A stretch of DNA of 59,802 nucleotides, the filler included, from Diploschistes diacapsis (Eukaryota): assembly GCA_023645945.1 (NCBI GenBank). It is 10 parts of 10 records of this genome, joined end to end, with 100 filler letters (N's around TTAATTAATTAA, not from the genome) between each part and the next. Parts side by side here need not be neighbours in the genome. Positions count along the whole stretch, not along the records: positions 36,052 to 41,924 come from JALAIB010001468.1; positions 42,025 to 47,892 come from JALAIB010001469.1; positions 47,993 to 53,847 come from JALAIB010001470.1; 7 more parts are not named here. One strand, given 5' to 3'. Of this stretch, positions 39,489 to 50,994 are shown in pieces. The notes under the pieces are model-generated. The model searched no databases, had not been told where the DNA came from, and worked only from the letters and a program-made list of their open reading frames with translations. A program made the translations under genes and the position numbers. Position 1 is the first letter of the stretch, and each line of letters begins with the position of its first letter.

Positions 39489-40524
39489 CTACATGACCCT
39501 GTAGAAATCGAAGATGACGTCCGAGGATCTCTTGATGCCGCTTCCGATCCACAGGCCCGTGTTCAAGTGTAGGTACCTCGTGTCACCAGTCTCCATGTGC
39601 AAGTAGGTCCTAAAAGAATACGACTTGGGATCAATGGTATCGACCATGGCTGGGTCATTGAGTTTTTCCAAGACATCGCGCGGACCGACGCGCCAACCCT
39701 CGCAGCGGACCGTGATGTATGCTGGCGGGTGATCATGGGTCTGTAGGATGAAGTTTGAGTCGACATGTGTGGAGAGGTCTTGCGCGACGAGCTGCTTTTC
39801 TTGTCCGCCTGGTACAACCTTGGCGCGTGTGAGCAAAGCACGGCAGGCGGTTCAATAGAAAAAGGTGAAGACTTACGGTGCCTTTGCCCCAGCGAGCCGA
39901 CCAGTGTCCCGAAATGAAGCTGATCCAGTTGCTGTCACCGAAGATCGTCTTTCCCACCGTGATCTTAGGGTTAAGCTGGACGACAAGCTGCAGGTCGCGT
40001 TCGAGTCTGGGGTGAGTGTAAGCCACGGCTCGCAACGGGTTCGCAGGTGCAACAAACGAAGGTCTAGGGACTGGCGGGCCTCGAGTCACCAGGCCAGTAT
40101 CCCCCGGAAAACCATTCACCATGGTGTCCGCGTCTCTCTTCTTCGGAGTCTTCGACGATGACGACGCGGGCGTAGGTGTTCCATTTGCCGCAAGTTCAAG
40201 TATCGAGCTTTGCGGGTTGTGCTCCTTCATCGCGTTGAGGTAGTTTGGGCATTCAAGCAAGTGCGCGCGTTGGCGGCTTGTGTTCTTCGCGCGGACGGAC
40301 TGGCAGTAGATGCATTGCGCGGACATGCACTATGGGTTGCAGCGTGAGATGGATTTCACGATAGTTGACGGCGGATGAAGAGTACCTTGTCCGTTTCTTT
40401 GGCGCGGAACTCGACGAAAGCAGCGTGGACATCGCTGTTGAAACTGGCGTTGGCGAAAAGGGTCGAGCACTTGAAGCCGAAACCTGAATGAGAGAGATAC
40501 TTACCTGTCACCAAGACGACCCAT
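39489..40524 (-). CDS. BED-like zinc finger fused to a DUF3237 (UPF0311) domain
   Basis: Spliced MGRLGDS DVHAAFVEFRAKETDK CMSAQCIYC...RAHLLEC (Cx2C..Hx3C), then WISFISGHWSARWGKGTVVPGGQE, LQTHDHPPAYI, YSFRTYLHMETGDTRY, GSG..VIFDFYRV. Three introns. Confidence 0.82.
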
Positions 40525-41009
40525 CTTTATTTAGCTGCTAATCCTTGCCCGTCGATTCGAAGATAGTTTAATGTTATGATACCGGTTTGCGCGTATCAGC
40601 GTATCGTGTACCTAAAACAGGTAGAGGTTGAAAGCTTACGAAGGTAACAAGGTGACGGACGACAAAATCGTGAAACTTGGCCTGAAATTGCGGGCTAAAA
40701 TAGTAAAATAACGAGTTGTGGTGGTGGAGGAAGAATAGATTTCCCGCAACTACGCGAAACGCCTTCCTTTTCTTTCCGTCACGCCCGTCTCTAGCCGTAT
40801 GTCGACATAAAATACCCGTTTTAGGCAGTATTGCCCTTGTTCAGCCATGTATTGCTTGTTTTATACCGTACTCATACGTTCAATGAGCCTCAAGGGGATA
40901 TAGCTATTCACATTTGTCGTCGCAAACCCGACCAGAGACAACTGCGAACCCGGAAACACTGGCTTACCAAAAGCCTTTACTTCACCGAGTACGTTTCTTT
41001 TCAGCAGCC

Positions 41010-41924
41010 ATGGCGAGTAAAGCCGCTCCCTTCATAGTGCCCGCGCTGAAGAAGCACACGGCCACCGTGGTCTTTGCGCATGGCCTGGGCGACACGGGAT
41101 GGGGATGGTAGGCTACTCTTTGTTTCAACGTCGAATTCAAAAGCACGCCGGCTCAGACTGCATCAGGATGGATCTCGCCAAGAACTGGCGACGGCGCGGC
41201 ATGTTCGAGCACGTCAAGTTCATCTTCCCGAACGCCCCAACGATTCCAATCACAGTGGTACGCAAACGCGCCTCACAATCCTCACTCTCACCTGCAGGAA
41301 AGGTATTTTCGTTCCAACAAGCTAACACTCACCCCCCCCACCCCCCACCAGAACTTCGGCACGTCCATGCCGGGCTGGTACGACATCCTCTCCTTCGACG
41401 ACCTGGACTCGCGCTCCGACGACGAAGCCGGCATCACGCGGTCGCGCGACTACTTCAACACGCTGCTCGCCACCGAAGCGAAAGAGACCGGCGTGCCCAC
41501 GACGCGCATGGTCCTCGGCGGCTTCTCTCAGGGCGGCTCCATCTCGCTCTTCACGTGCCTGACGACGCCGCACCAGCTGGCGGGCTTTTTCGGCCTCTCC
41601 TCGTACCTGCTGCTTGGCAGCAGGCTCAAGTCGCTGATGCCCGCCTCGAATCCGAACGGCGAGGTGCCGATATTCATGGGCCACGGCGAGGCGGATCCGC
41701 TCGTGAAATGCGAGTATGGACGGCGGACGGCGAAGGCGATCGAGGAGCTGGGGAGGAAGGTCAGGCTTGTCACGTATCCGTAAGCAGAAAATTCTCTTTC
41801 CGTCGTCTCTGAGAGCCCCCCTGCGGAGCAGTGTTGGGATAAAAGGAGTTCCCATTGTTGCGCCCCGAAACCTCCTTACGGGCCCCAAGTACGCACGCCG
41901 GCAGCATAACTGACCCCCTTCACC
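41010..41924 (+). CDS. Acyl-protein thioesterase 1 / lysophospholipase, last exon missing
   Basis: HTATVVFAHGLGD, FIFPNAP, MPGWYDI, GFSQGG nucleophile, HGEADPLV. The contig ends at the branch site of intron 3. Confidence 0.93.
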
Positions 41925-42024
41925 NNNNNNNNNNNNNNNNNNNNNNNNNNNNNNNNNNNNNNNNNNNNTTAATTAATTAANNNNNNNNNNNNNNNNNNNN
42001 NNNNNNNNNNNNNNNNNNNNNNNN
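41925..42024. other. Artificial contig linker
   Basis: N44-TTAATTAATTAA-N44. Confidence 0.99.
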
Positions 42025-42652
42025 GTGGTGGTTGTGGTTGCGGTGGTGGTGGTGGTCATCTTGGGGTGCGAAGGGCCGACGGCGCGCTGCTAGGGGGGCA
42101 AGGTGAGTGTTTGCTGCCAGTGAGGCCGATTTTGAGGGGACAATTGGAGATGTTTTGGAGCTATGATATGTTCCTAGAGGAGAGAGGCTAATGGGATGTT
42201 GAAGGTTTTGTTGCCACTTTGAAAAAGTATCCGCGCCCTGAAGAGCTTGGCGGCTACTTGGCGGCTGCTTGGTACTTGAACCGCAAACCCAAACAAGTCC
42301 AACAACTCGACCAAAACCGCGTCTGTGCCTCCCGAGGTTAGCGGATGGCCAAGAAAGCTATCGAGAGGATCTGGAATTTGACGTCGTTTTTCTATGGCAT
42401 GCCATCCTTCCTTTATTCGCTGCTCCTCCCGTAGCGCTTGCTATCGTGTCCTCGGCTGCTGCTTTCATGCCTTTCGTTCTTTCGTCTGCGCTTCGAATAA
42501 AGGACCGTTACCTGTGCCTTCCTTCCTGCCTCATGGTTTCTCCCACAATTGGACTCGAGCAACAACAACAACAACAACGTAGCTTCAACGCGACTTTCTT
42601 CATGACGCCCATACCTCGATAACCCTCTCGCGCGAGGGCCACAGAAACGGCC

Positions 42653-45432
42653 ATGGCCCTGATGCCGCGAATCTTCCCCAACAGCGACGAGCTTGGCAAA
42701 AAAGATGACGACCATCGTCCACCATCAAGGGATGCGCCCTCTGCATCATGGGCGCCGGCTGTACCGCGCATGCGGAAACGACGGTTCCTGGCAGCCGTAC
42801 TCTCGATAGGGGTGCTCTATATCTTCTTCAAAAACATGCCCCAAGGATTGCCTCCGCTTCCGGACCGCTACGACAGAAGAGTGCCCGGGCAGCGGATCAA
42901 CGGGATACCATTGAAGGCCAGCCCACAGTCCAGTTACGGACCGCCACCGCCCCCCCCGGGTATGCCGGCACCTCTACGAGAAAAACTGACAGAAATCGAG
43001 ACGCAGAACGGTCCAACTCCCGGTTACTATTACGATGGACCGCCCCTGTTCGAGCCGCTCTCCCTGTCGCTGCAGGGTCTGGCAAGGAATCTGAGGTTCA
43101 GCAGCCACAACCGCAACGTCTTGTTTGCTGCGGCGAACCAGGAGAGTGCTTCGCGGATGATACCGATGGCCTGTGAGATGTCCAAGTGGAATCGGAACGT
43201 CGTTCACTTTGCATACATGGGTCGCGATGAGGTGCCATTGGTGGACTTGAAGAATCTTAACGGCGCTGGCTCGGATTGTGACATGTTTTGGCACGGTAAG
43301 GGAGCCCCCAAGATACATTCCGGGTCCGCTAAATCGCTGATATTCATTCTGCAGATGCGCGGCCAAATTTGAGCCAGTTCAGCACAAACGAGCGGATGGG
43401 CGCTGCTGTCGAAGCAGCCCTCAAGTATTTCAAAACTTTCCTGCGCCCACACATTTACTTTTGCGATGACTCTGCTTTCGAAGAGCCCTCGTTCATTAGG
43501 GAGTATAGAGCCCAGACCATCATGGAATCCAAAGCGCTGATAGAGCTACCGGACAACGCTCCTGAGCGGCTCATGTGGCTGACCCGTCTAGACAGTGGTT
43601 CATTGAGCGGTAAGTGAGCCAGCTGTTCTTCGGAATTACATCTGACAGCTGAAGCCTGGCATAAAATCTATATCGATATCGTCATTCAAGCTCCGAGTGG
43701 GAGTTCCGGCTCTTTGATGCGGCTTTTGAAATCCATTCAGAATGCAGACTACTTTGGCAGTCGTTATCCTCACATCACTGTTGAAATACCCGCCGACATC
43801 GATGCACCTACGCTTGGCTTCCTCGAGCGCCTCACCTGGCCTCCCTTGTCGTCCGATGGTTCGTCGCATTCGTCCCGATTGAGCTTCCGCCGACGAATTT
43901 CCAACATCCCACCAAACCCTCTAGAAGCATCGATCCGTATGGTTGAGACCTTCTATCCGACTACTCCACGAGATTCTCACATCCTTGTTTTGTCACCTGA
44001 AGTCGAACTTTCGCCAATGTATTATCACTACTTGTTTTTCAACCTTTTGGAATATAGATACTCGACGTATAATACCGGCACCATCGAATCCGACAGCCTT
44101 GCCGGCATCTCACTCATCACCCCATCAACTCACTTCGACACGCAGGCACCCTTCCATCCACCACCCCCTCTCTCCCCCGACGCAAAGACAACGTTCCGAA
44201 AACTATCTCCTGATTCCGCCAAGACAACACCTTTCATGTGGCAGGCACCCGACGCGACCGCAACCCTCTACTTTGGCAATCGCTGGCTCGAACTGCATTC
44301 TTTCCTCTCCCTCCGAATCTCGAACCCCACGGCGCCTACACCGCGGATCGTCCAGCCCACCCTGCCCTCCTTCGCAGAGCCTCTCTACGAGCTAATGCGC
44401 CTAAGAGGCTACACTGTACTCTATCCTAATCTTCCCGACCACTCACTAGCCATTGACTACTCTACACGCTCTCGGCCGCAACCCGAGTTCGCCCCACCAA
44501 ACCCCAACATGCCCGCTCCCCCACCATCCGACCCTTCGGCGAATTTCGACCCCTACATCTCCATGCTCTTTCCCCCCACCTATCCTACTACACCATCCGC
44601 AGCACAAAAACTGCTCGCTTCCACACCCCTCACACAAATCCTTCCCCCACCCGTCGACTTGCCAGAAACATCCTCCATCCCCGTCCTCGACAGCACAGGA
44701 CAGCTCGTATCTCCAAAACAGCTCGTCAAGCTCGCCCTCGCCGAGGCCGTAACGTTCAGGTACATGACCGGCAACTGTCCGGAGGACGTATCTCCCGCCG
44801 TCGCGCCCGGCGTCGCGGACGACCTCTTCTGCGACCCGGACGGTGAACCGGGCAGCGGAAGCAGACCGGTTTTCCCACCGCCGGGGGCTGTGGAGGCCGG
44901 GATCGTGCAGGGGAGTGGGAACGGGAATGTGAACAGCAAAGTGAAGACAAAGGAGGAGCTGGCGGCCGATGCGGCGGTGGGGGCGGGGACCGCGAAGTCT
45001 GGGGAAGAGGAGCAGAGCGTCGAGAGCGAGCATACTCCGGGAGATGCGAAGATGCCCAAGGATCCGGCCGCTGCGGTTGTTGCGACAGCGGGCGAAGGTG
45101 GTGGGATTCCTGGTGTCGGCGGGCTAGGTAGTCCGGGGGCGGAAGTGACGGTGCAGTTACAGCACGGTCATAGTGATGCGAGGGCGCAGGGCCATGGGAT
45201 GGCACATGTAGCTGGTGTATCTACTCTGCAGAAGTCGGGTGGCAGGGAGTGGGATGCGGAGAGGGGGAAGGAGGTGGATGAGGAGGGAAAGAGGAAGTTG
45301 GAGGAGGAGTTCAGGGAGCATTTGGAGAGGCAGGGGGGCGGTGCGAGGGAGAAGGCGGGCGGAAAGGAAGAAGCGAGTAGGAAGGACTCGGGGCTTCAGG
45401 GGGTAAAAGAGGTGGAGAATGGGGAAGGATGA
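42653..45432 (+). CDS. Conserved fungal glycosyltransferase-2-like type II membrane protein
   Basis: DELGKKDDDH, TM segment after RMRKRR, RNVLFAAA, MACEM, WHDARP, WLTRLDSGSL, RLLKSIQNADYFG, ETFYP, WQAP..LYFGNRWLELHSFL. Introns at 43296-43354 and 43610-43654. Confidence 0.8.
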
Positions 45433-46502
45433 GGAGAAGGGTGAGATGGCGAAGCAGGAGGAGGGGGTGAATGAATAGGGAGCGAAGAGTGGGTTACGCG
45501 AATTGGCAGCTGTCTCTGCGGGCGCTTTGGAGTCTTGTTGAGCCTCTCTCCGTGGCTTTGCCGACTGGGATCTGCGCGGCCATGCGCCATGGACGAGGAA
45601 AGAAAGTATAGCGCAGGATAGCGTTTTGCGTCACTAATATATAGCCAACGTTTTCCATGATATCCAAAAAAAAAAATTTCCCCACACGCAGCGCGTCTGG
45701 TCCAGATTGCTGACTTTTCGGGATAATCTTTTCGCTGCCCCCCAGAGAATCAAGATGAGCTTCGAATTACGAGGGACAAGCTTCTGCTGTTGTGGACCCT
45801 TTGAGGTGGAAACAGGGGCCTGTTAGGAGCATCGGGGGCTTTTGAACGACAGGATTCGGAAACCCGGATAGTTCTTTTGCTCGATGCAAGCGACAAAAGC
45901 AATGGGTGACATGCTCGGCAGTTTTTCCCCCCCCTCACGCACCGGGTGCATGTTTCCCTGATACCGGGGAGGCTTGGCGTGGCACTTTGCAGTCACATTC
46001 AACAACCCCTGTTGGATTGAGCTTGTTTTCACCCCCGATCGACGGGCATCTTGGACTACACACCTCAGCGCCATCTCGACTCGGTAACTAAAATGTTGCA
46101 GGTCAGGAGCATAAGCGATGTGGACGAGGAGTGGGAGTGCTCGTAAAGGGGCTGATGGAGGTGTAGGGGGCTATACACTAGATGGGAGCGTGAAGTTTGT
46201 TACTTGTGAAGCGAGTTCAAATATGAACGGTACAAAGGTACATTCGGTGACGAACCTGGCGATCCTCTTACGCACATCGTCGACTTACCCACAACATCGA
46301 GCACTGGTCCGTTCTCTAGGGGTTCCTTGTCGACAAGTTGCGCTTTTTAGAAGCCGGTAAGCACACGACTCTCGCTTCTTGTCTGTGAGGGTCCTATGCT
46401 ATGGTGAGGCCAGCTTAAGCTGGCCCGGCCGTTATATCCGGACAGTCTAGGTACATTATTCCATCGGTTTCGGCGGAAGAAGAGTTTCCGATATCACTTC
46501 AA

Positions 46503-47892
46503 ATGAAGGCTCGGAGACTCGTCTGCTCATCACTGCTGGCAGCGTTGGCGTCATTAATCGCTGCAGGGCCAGCTGCAAGGAATGGAACGGGATTTCACGA
46601 GCGATTATGAATATGCTGTCATCGGAAACGCCGCCGGTGGCGGGCACTTGGCCGACGGTTCGCCATGGCAGGTTACAGTACTTTTTTGATCCCATGCTGG
46701 AAAGGATCAGAATAGCAATATCAATACCAAACCTCCGTACCTCGCTACCAATCTGCCGTCACGCAGGGCCCTAAGATCCGACGGAGACATGTTGCCAATC
46801 ACTGTTAAGACCAAAAGCGCGCCATGAAAGATTCCAACCCTACTTATGAGATCCGCCCGTACGAATATCACGTTAATCCAAAACCTCCGGCGAACGGCCA
46901 TGCCATGGGGAGTCATGCATCATCGTGCGGGCACACTTGGAGGCTATGTCGCTCACAATTCTCTGATCTAGATTACGCCACATGCAAGCGTTTGAAACAA
47001 TATTATCTCAGTTGCAGACAATGGTTCTCAAGGGCGGCTACCACAAACGTAACAACATCCGGAGAGAACCTACGAGGGGCCCCCTACCGTACCCACTAAT
47101 CCGACGGAATCGCTCCACGATATCACCCTTCTCAGCACCCAAGAGGGGGGTCACCGCAGTCATAGCGATTGGATTGGATCCTCTCAGTGGCCATCGCCGG
47201 GTTCTCAGGCAACTGTCTGGACGACCCCAAGTAGCCAGGTCAACCCGGCTCATGGCTCGCACGAGGATTTCTTCCCAAATTTCGCTGATCATGAAAGCCG
47301 GCACATGCCACCGCCATGTGTGAAACTGTCCACGCTACTATCGCCACCGGTTATCCCCTCACAGTCCCGCTAAAATAGCTACGTAACCGCAATCTTCTTC
47401 GGCCTACAACCATCACCCCGACCCCCCAACAGTCACAGTCACCGAGCTCTTTTGACGGCTCGTGCCTGCACAGTGCGATCCCCTCTATTCGGCGGCAGTA
47501 TCGCTCTTGGCATCGTACATGCTAGCTCGAAGATGCTATCCCCTCCTGCTGGTCCTCCCAATACCGTGCAACTTCGACACCGGCACCCATGCCGGGGGGG
47601 GGACGTGCACGCGCTCGACCTGCAGGCCATGAGCCAGGCTATAAAGATACCCCGTGAAAGCACTGGGCACAAGTATTACGACTACGGCGCGCTGGGGCGG
47701 GACGAACGCTCTCGGAGAAGAGCCCCCCAGGTCTGGCGGTGCAGGGCGATGAGAACATTGGGGCGGTACATTAAGAACTTGGCGCGGGCACGACCATGAG
47801 CAGTGCTGCACGAACAGGGTGAGTATGCCATGGCGATGGGGATGATGGTGGTGCTGGATAGCAAGTCGAGGTTTTGGGGGGGCGTGTAGGGG
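46503..47892 (+). pseudogene. Secreted GMC oxidoreductase (CAZy AA3-like) pseudogene
   Basis: Signal peptide MKARRLVCSSLLAALASLIAA, then across frameshifts: DYEYAVIGNAAGGGHLA (GxGxxG remnant), RFAMAGYSTFLI/HAGKDQ, RAGTLGGYVAHNSLI*ITPH, TGYPLTV, AGPPNTVQL, FDTGT..DLQAM, and terminal VVLDSKSRFWGGV*G. Confidence 0.85.
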
Positions 47893-47992
47893 NNNNNNNN
47901 NNNNNNNNNNNNNNNNNNNNNNNNNNNNNNNNNNNNTTAATTAATTAANNNNNNNNNNNNNNNNNNNNNNNNNNNNNNNNNNNNNNNNNNNN
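47893..47992. other. Artificial contig linker
   Basis: N44-TTAATTAATTAA-N44. Confidence 0.99.
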
Positions 47993-48022
47993 ATAGTATA
48001 GTATAGTATAGTATAGTATAGT
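47993..48022. repeat. (ATAGT)n microsatellite at contig start
   Basis: Six copies; a likely cause of the assembly break. Confidence 0.9.
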
Positions 48023-48874
48023 GTTCAGAGTCGAGATTGGTCAGTAGACTCAATCATGCCTCAAGCCGGGGGTCATGGATCACGGGGCATATGGGGGCAT
48101 GAGGGCATGGGTCATGGTGATCACTATAATTGAGAATTAAGCGCTGGAACCGACAGAGTGGGCAGTGTAGTAGTGAAGGACGATTCCTATTCCCCGTTCC
48201 TATTCCTATTCCCATTCGCATTCGCATTCCCCAGTAGCAAGCACCACGTGAGCTCATTATATTTACAAGCTCCTCCACTGGTGTACTAGTTATAATATAC
48301 TAGTACACTAAGCAAAATTGAGCAATTCAAACGCACATTCCACGCTCTTTGCTCTTAGCGCCTTCTTTTGCCTGACAGCTTTCTCTTTGCGAGGCAAAAG
48401 AGCGGTGAGTTGTCGCATTGCACCCGAGAGAGAAACTGGCGTGGTCCACACTTACCTAATTCTCGAGCGCTGGACATGCAGGTATCCTGCTTGATAGTGA
48501 GCACAAGTCCCTGCTCGGGAGGGATACGCACAGGCGGCCGAGAAGAGAATCAGACTCGGCCAGCCCTGGCTTCTCGAAGATTGAAGGAAGCCGAAGTTGA
48601 GGCTGTGTGACTGCCAAGTTTGGCCAGCGCAGCACATAGTAGTAGTGATCGTTGGTCACCATCACGATCTGATCTGGCAACAGAATGCCACGCTGTGCAC
48701 CCAGTAGCTGGGTAAGGCTAGACTACGGTAAGCGTGGACGGACATGGTATCAAGGGGGAGAAAGCGTAAGGAGGATTTTTGTGGTTCCCAAAATAGTATT
48801 TACATTATCCAGAACTCGTACTTGTAGGTACAGATGAATGTGCGCGCATGGATGAGGTACATTCTGTTATACGA

Positions 48875-48910
48875 GAACTGTGAACTGTGAACTGTGAGCT
48901 GTGAACTGTG
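48875..48910. repeat. (GAACTGT)5 imperfect tandem repeat
   Basis: Read directly from the sequence. Confidence 0.9.
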
Positions 48911-49375
48911 CTTTACGAACGATTGATTAAATTAGTGCCACTGCTGCAATGCTGACATGTAACTGGCAGCCAGAGAGAAGGCTTGGTGGTTAACCTGACT
49001 GCCAACATTCATCTTCCGAGTCCCGTTTTCTGTGCCTTCTCGGCATGCCATGAGCACATTATTTTCATCACTTCACTCGGCGGGCCCTTTGGAAGCATTT
49101 AAATGGCAGTCGTGATAACCTGGCTTGTTGTTACCTCTACTTCTTCTCATATAACGGAAGCTTAGAGCTTGGTGGAGTAGCCCCGGACTGATCCAGTACT
49201 TACGTACTTGTACTGGCTTGTTGTTGGTATGTGCCTGGCGCAACCCAGCTACCACGATTCTACCGTAACCAACCAGGCCCTCTAACAGAGTTGGTTAATG
49301 ATTAACAGGTCCATCCATTCCCCTTATTCGGCGCACCAACAACGGCTTGAGGCCCCTCCCGTAGCATTCCCGCAC

Positions 49376-49412
49376 AGTACGGTACAGTATAGTACAGTAC
49401 AGTACAGTACAG
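49376..49412. repeat. (AGTAC)n imperfect microsatellite
   Basis: Read directly from the sequence. Confidence 0.9.
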
Positions 49413-49611
49413 CACATACAGTATCTACACACACAAAGCACGAGGCGGCGGATTTCATCTGTGTGGAGGAGGTTGGCCATCAAAGGTTATCTGACTGGCA
49501 CAGAAAGGTGAGTCCGAGACCGAGACCGAGCCTGGTCATATTCACATCATCATCTAATCATCATTATTGATTATTGCTGGACCAGATACAATTTCCCCCA
49601 TTCATCCTGCT

Positions 49612-50994
49612 TTATCGATAGCCGCTTGCGACGCGACGCGCGCAACCTCCTTCTCCTCCTTCTCCTCCTTCTCCTTCTCCTTCTCCTTCTTCTTCTTCTT
49701 TTTCCCGCTTCCTCTTCTGTGTGGTCTCTGCTACCGTTCGACGCGCCTGTTTGGACTTGGGCTGCTCTTTGTGGTGTGGGTCATCGAATTGGACCCTTTT
49801 GCGGATCCTTTCGTTGTTGTTCTCTATCTTTTCCGCTTCTGCCCTCATCTCGGTCTCTTTCAAGCGGGCATCATGCCTGGACATTACGATATTCCCAACG
49901 TTGCGGGCTGCTTTGCTTTTCGAAGGGGACTGCAGGCCTTCATAATTGGCTTCTACCTCGTACCGAAGCATGGTTTCGTCGCCAATGTTGGTGAGTGGTG
50001 AGTCCGCGCCGTCACCCAGCATCTCAAGTTCTTCCTGAGTTATGGCCCCGATTATTCCCTTGCTGGATGCTTTCCTGCGAAGTCTCGGCGCCTCATCTTC
50101 AATCTGGATATCGTTGTTATTGAGGAGATCTGCATCTTGGCGTGAGATCTTGGTTTTCGGTACTTTATTGGACGGCTTTAGCTGTACTGGTCTCTTCTTC
50201 AGTTGCCTTTTCGCCGCGCTCTCCTCCTTTTCCTCCTTCACTTCGCTCTTCTTCTCCGTGACCTTCCCTATCGGGGCAGTCTTGGCTGCTGCAACCTTCT
50301 TCGGCGCCTTCGTCGCCCTGGCCCCCGGATTTCCGCCCTTCTTCGGCATAGTCTTCTCTGCCTCGGTCTCCGATTTCTGCTCCATAGACACAGGTATACG
50401 CTTGGGGCACTTTTTGTTACCAGTCTCTTCGTCTGCAGGTGGCTCGTGATGGTCGTTTGGCTCCGCACTAATACTAGGGCCAGCAGCAACGACTGGAGTA
50501 GCAGACTCTACTGGTGTGATCGCTCCAGGCGCGATTTCGACCTTGGCAGGAACTTTGAAGGTCATATTAGATGACGATGTTTGAGCTTGACCTGCTGATT
50601 GCGCGGCTGTAAAGGTGTCCAAAGCTTTACTGGCAGAGTCAAGATTGCTGGTGGTCCGGCTTGGGTCTCCTGACTGGGAGGTTGTTGCTGCGTTCGAACC
50701 TTTGCCAGATGGGATGAGGTTGCTAGCCGTCGATTGAATCTGGAATGTCTGAGCAGTCTGTAGAGTCTCTGCAGTCTTGGTAGGATCTGCTGCAGGAACG
50801 GCTGTGGTTGAGTCGAACGCTTTGTCAATCGGTCCGACAACGCTACCCGCCTGAGGAGGCTGAGCAACCATAGCGTCAACAATGTTGATTAGGGGTGGCG
50901 AAGGGTCAGTCGCTGTAGATGGGACATCACGGAAATTAGACCGTGTTTTGCGAGCCATATCAATTTTGCCGACGTTCTTTGAGTTATCAGACAT
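49612..50994 (-). CDS. Hypothetical low-complexity protein (A/S/T/P-rich N half, K/E-rich C half), 460 aa
   Basis: Long uninterrupted ATG-initiated ORF with basic NLS-like clusters (KRQLKKRP, QKRKREK). No recognisable domain. Confidence 0.65.
   Translation of the reverse strand: MSDNSKNVGKIDMARKTRSNFRDVPSTATDPSPPLINIVDAMVAQPPQAGSVVGPIDKAFDSTTAVPAADPTKTAETLQTAQTFQIQSTASNLIPSGKGSNAATTSQSGDPSRTTSNLDSASKALDTFTAAQSAGQAQTSSSNMTFKVPAKVEIAPGAITPVESATPVVAAGPSISAEPNDHHEPPADEETGNKKCPKRIPVSMEQKSETEAEKTMPKKGGNPGARATKAPKKVAAAKTAPIGKVTEKKSEVKEEKEESAAKRQLKKRPVQLKPSNKVPKTKISRQDADLLNNNDIQIEDEAPRLRRKASSKGIIGAITQEELEMLGDGADSPLTNIGDETMLRYEVEANYEGLQSPSKSKAARNVGNIVMSRHDARLKETEMRAEAEKIENNNERIRKRVQFDDPHHKEQPKSKQARRTVAETTQKRKREKEEEEGEGEGEGGEGGEGGCARRVASGYR

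Noticed and set aside
39965..39973. TTAGGGTTA, resembling a telomere repeat or telomerase template
   Set aside because: Only 1.5 units, lying within codons (LNPK) of a coding exon.
40497..40507. ATACTTACCTG, identical to the U1 snRNA 5' end
   Set aside because: It is the reverse complement of a perfect donor (CAG|GTAAGTAT) of the minus-strand BED-DUF3237 gene, and no U1 body follows.
42025..42059. Minus-strand ATG followed by poly-Thr codons at the contig start
   Set aside because: Eleven low-complexity codons cannot be told apart from an (ACC)n repeat.
45666..45905. AAAATTT and GATGAG (RRPE/PAC-like) motifs and a small hairpin, suggesting an ncRNA or ribosome-biogenesis promoter
   Set aside because: No RNase P/MRP, SRP or snRNA consensus, and no adjacent ribosome-biogenesis gene.
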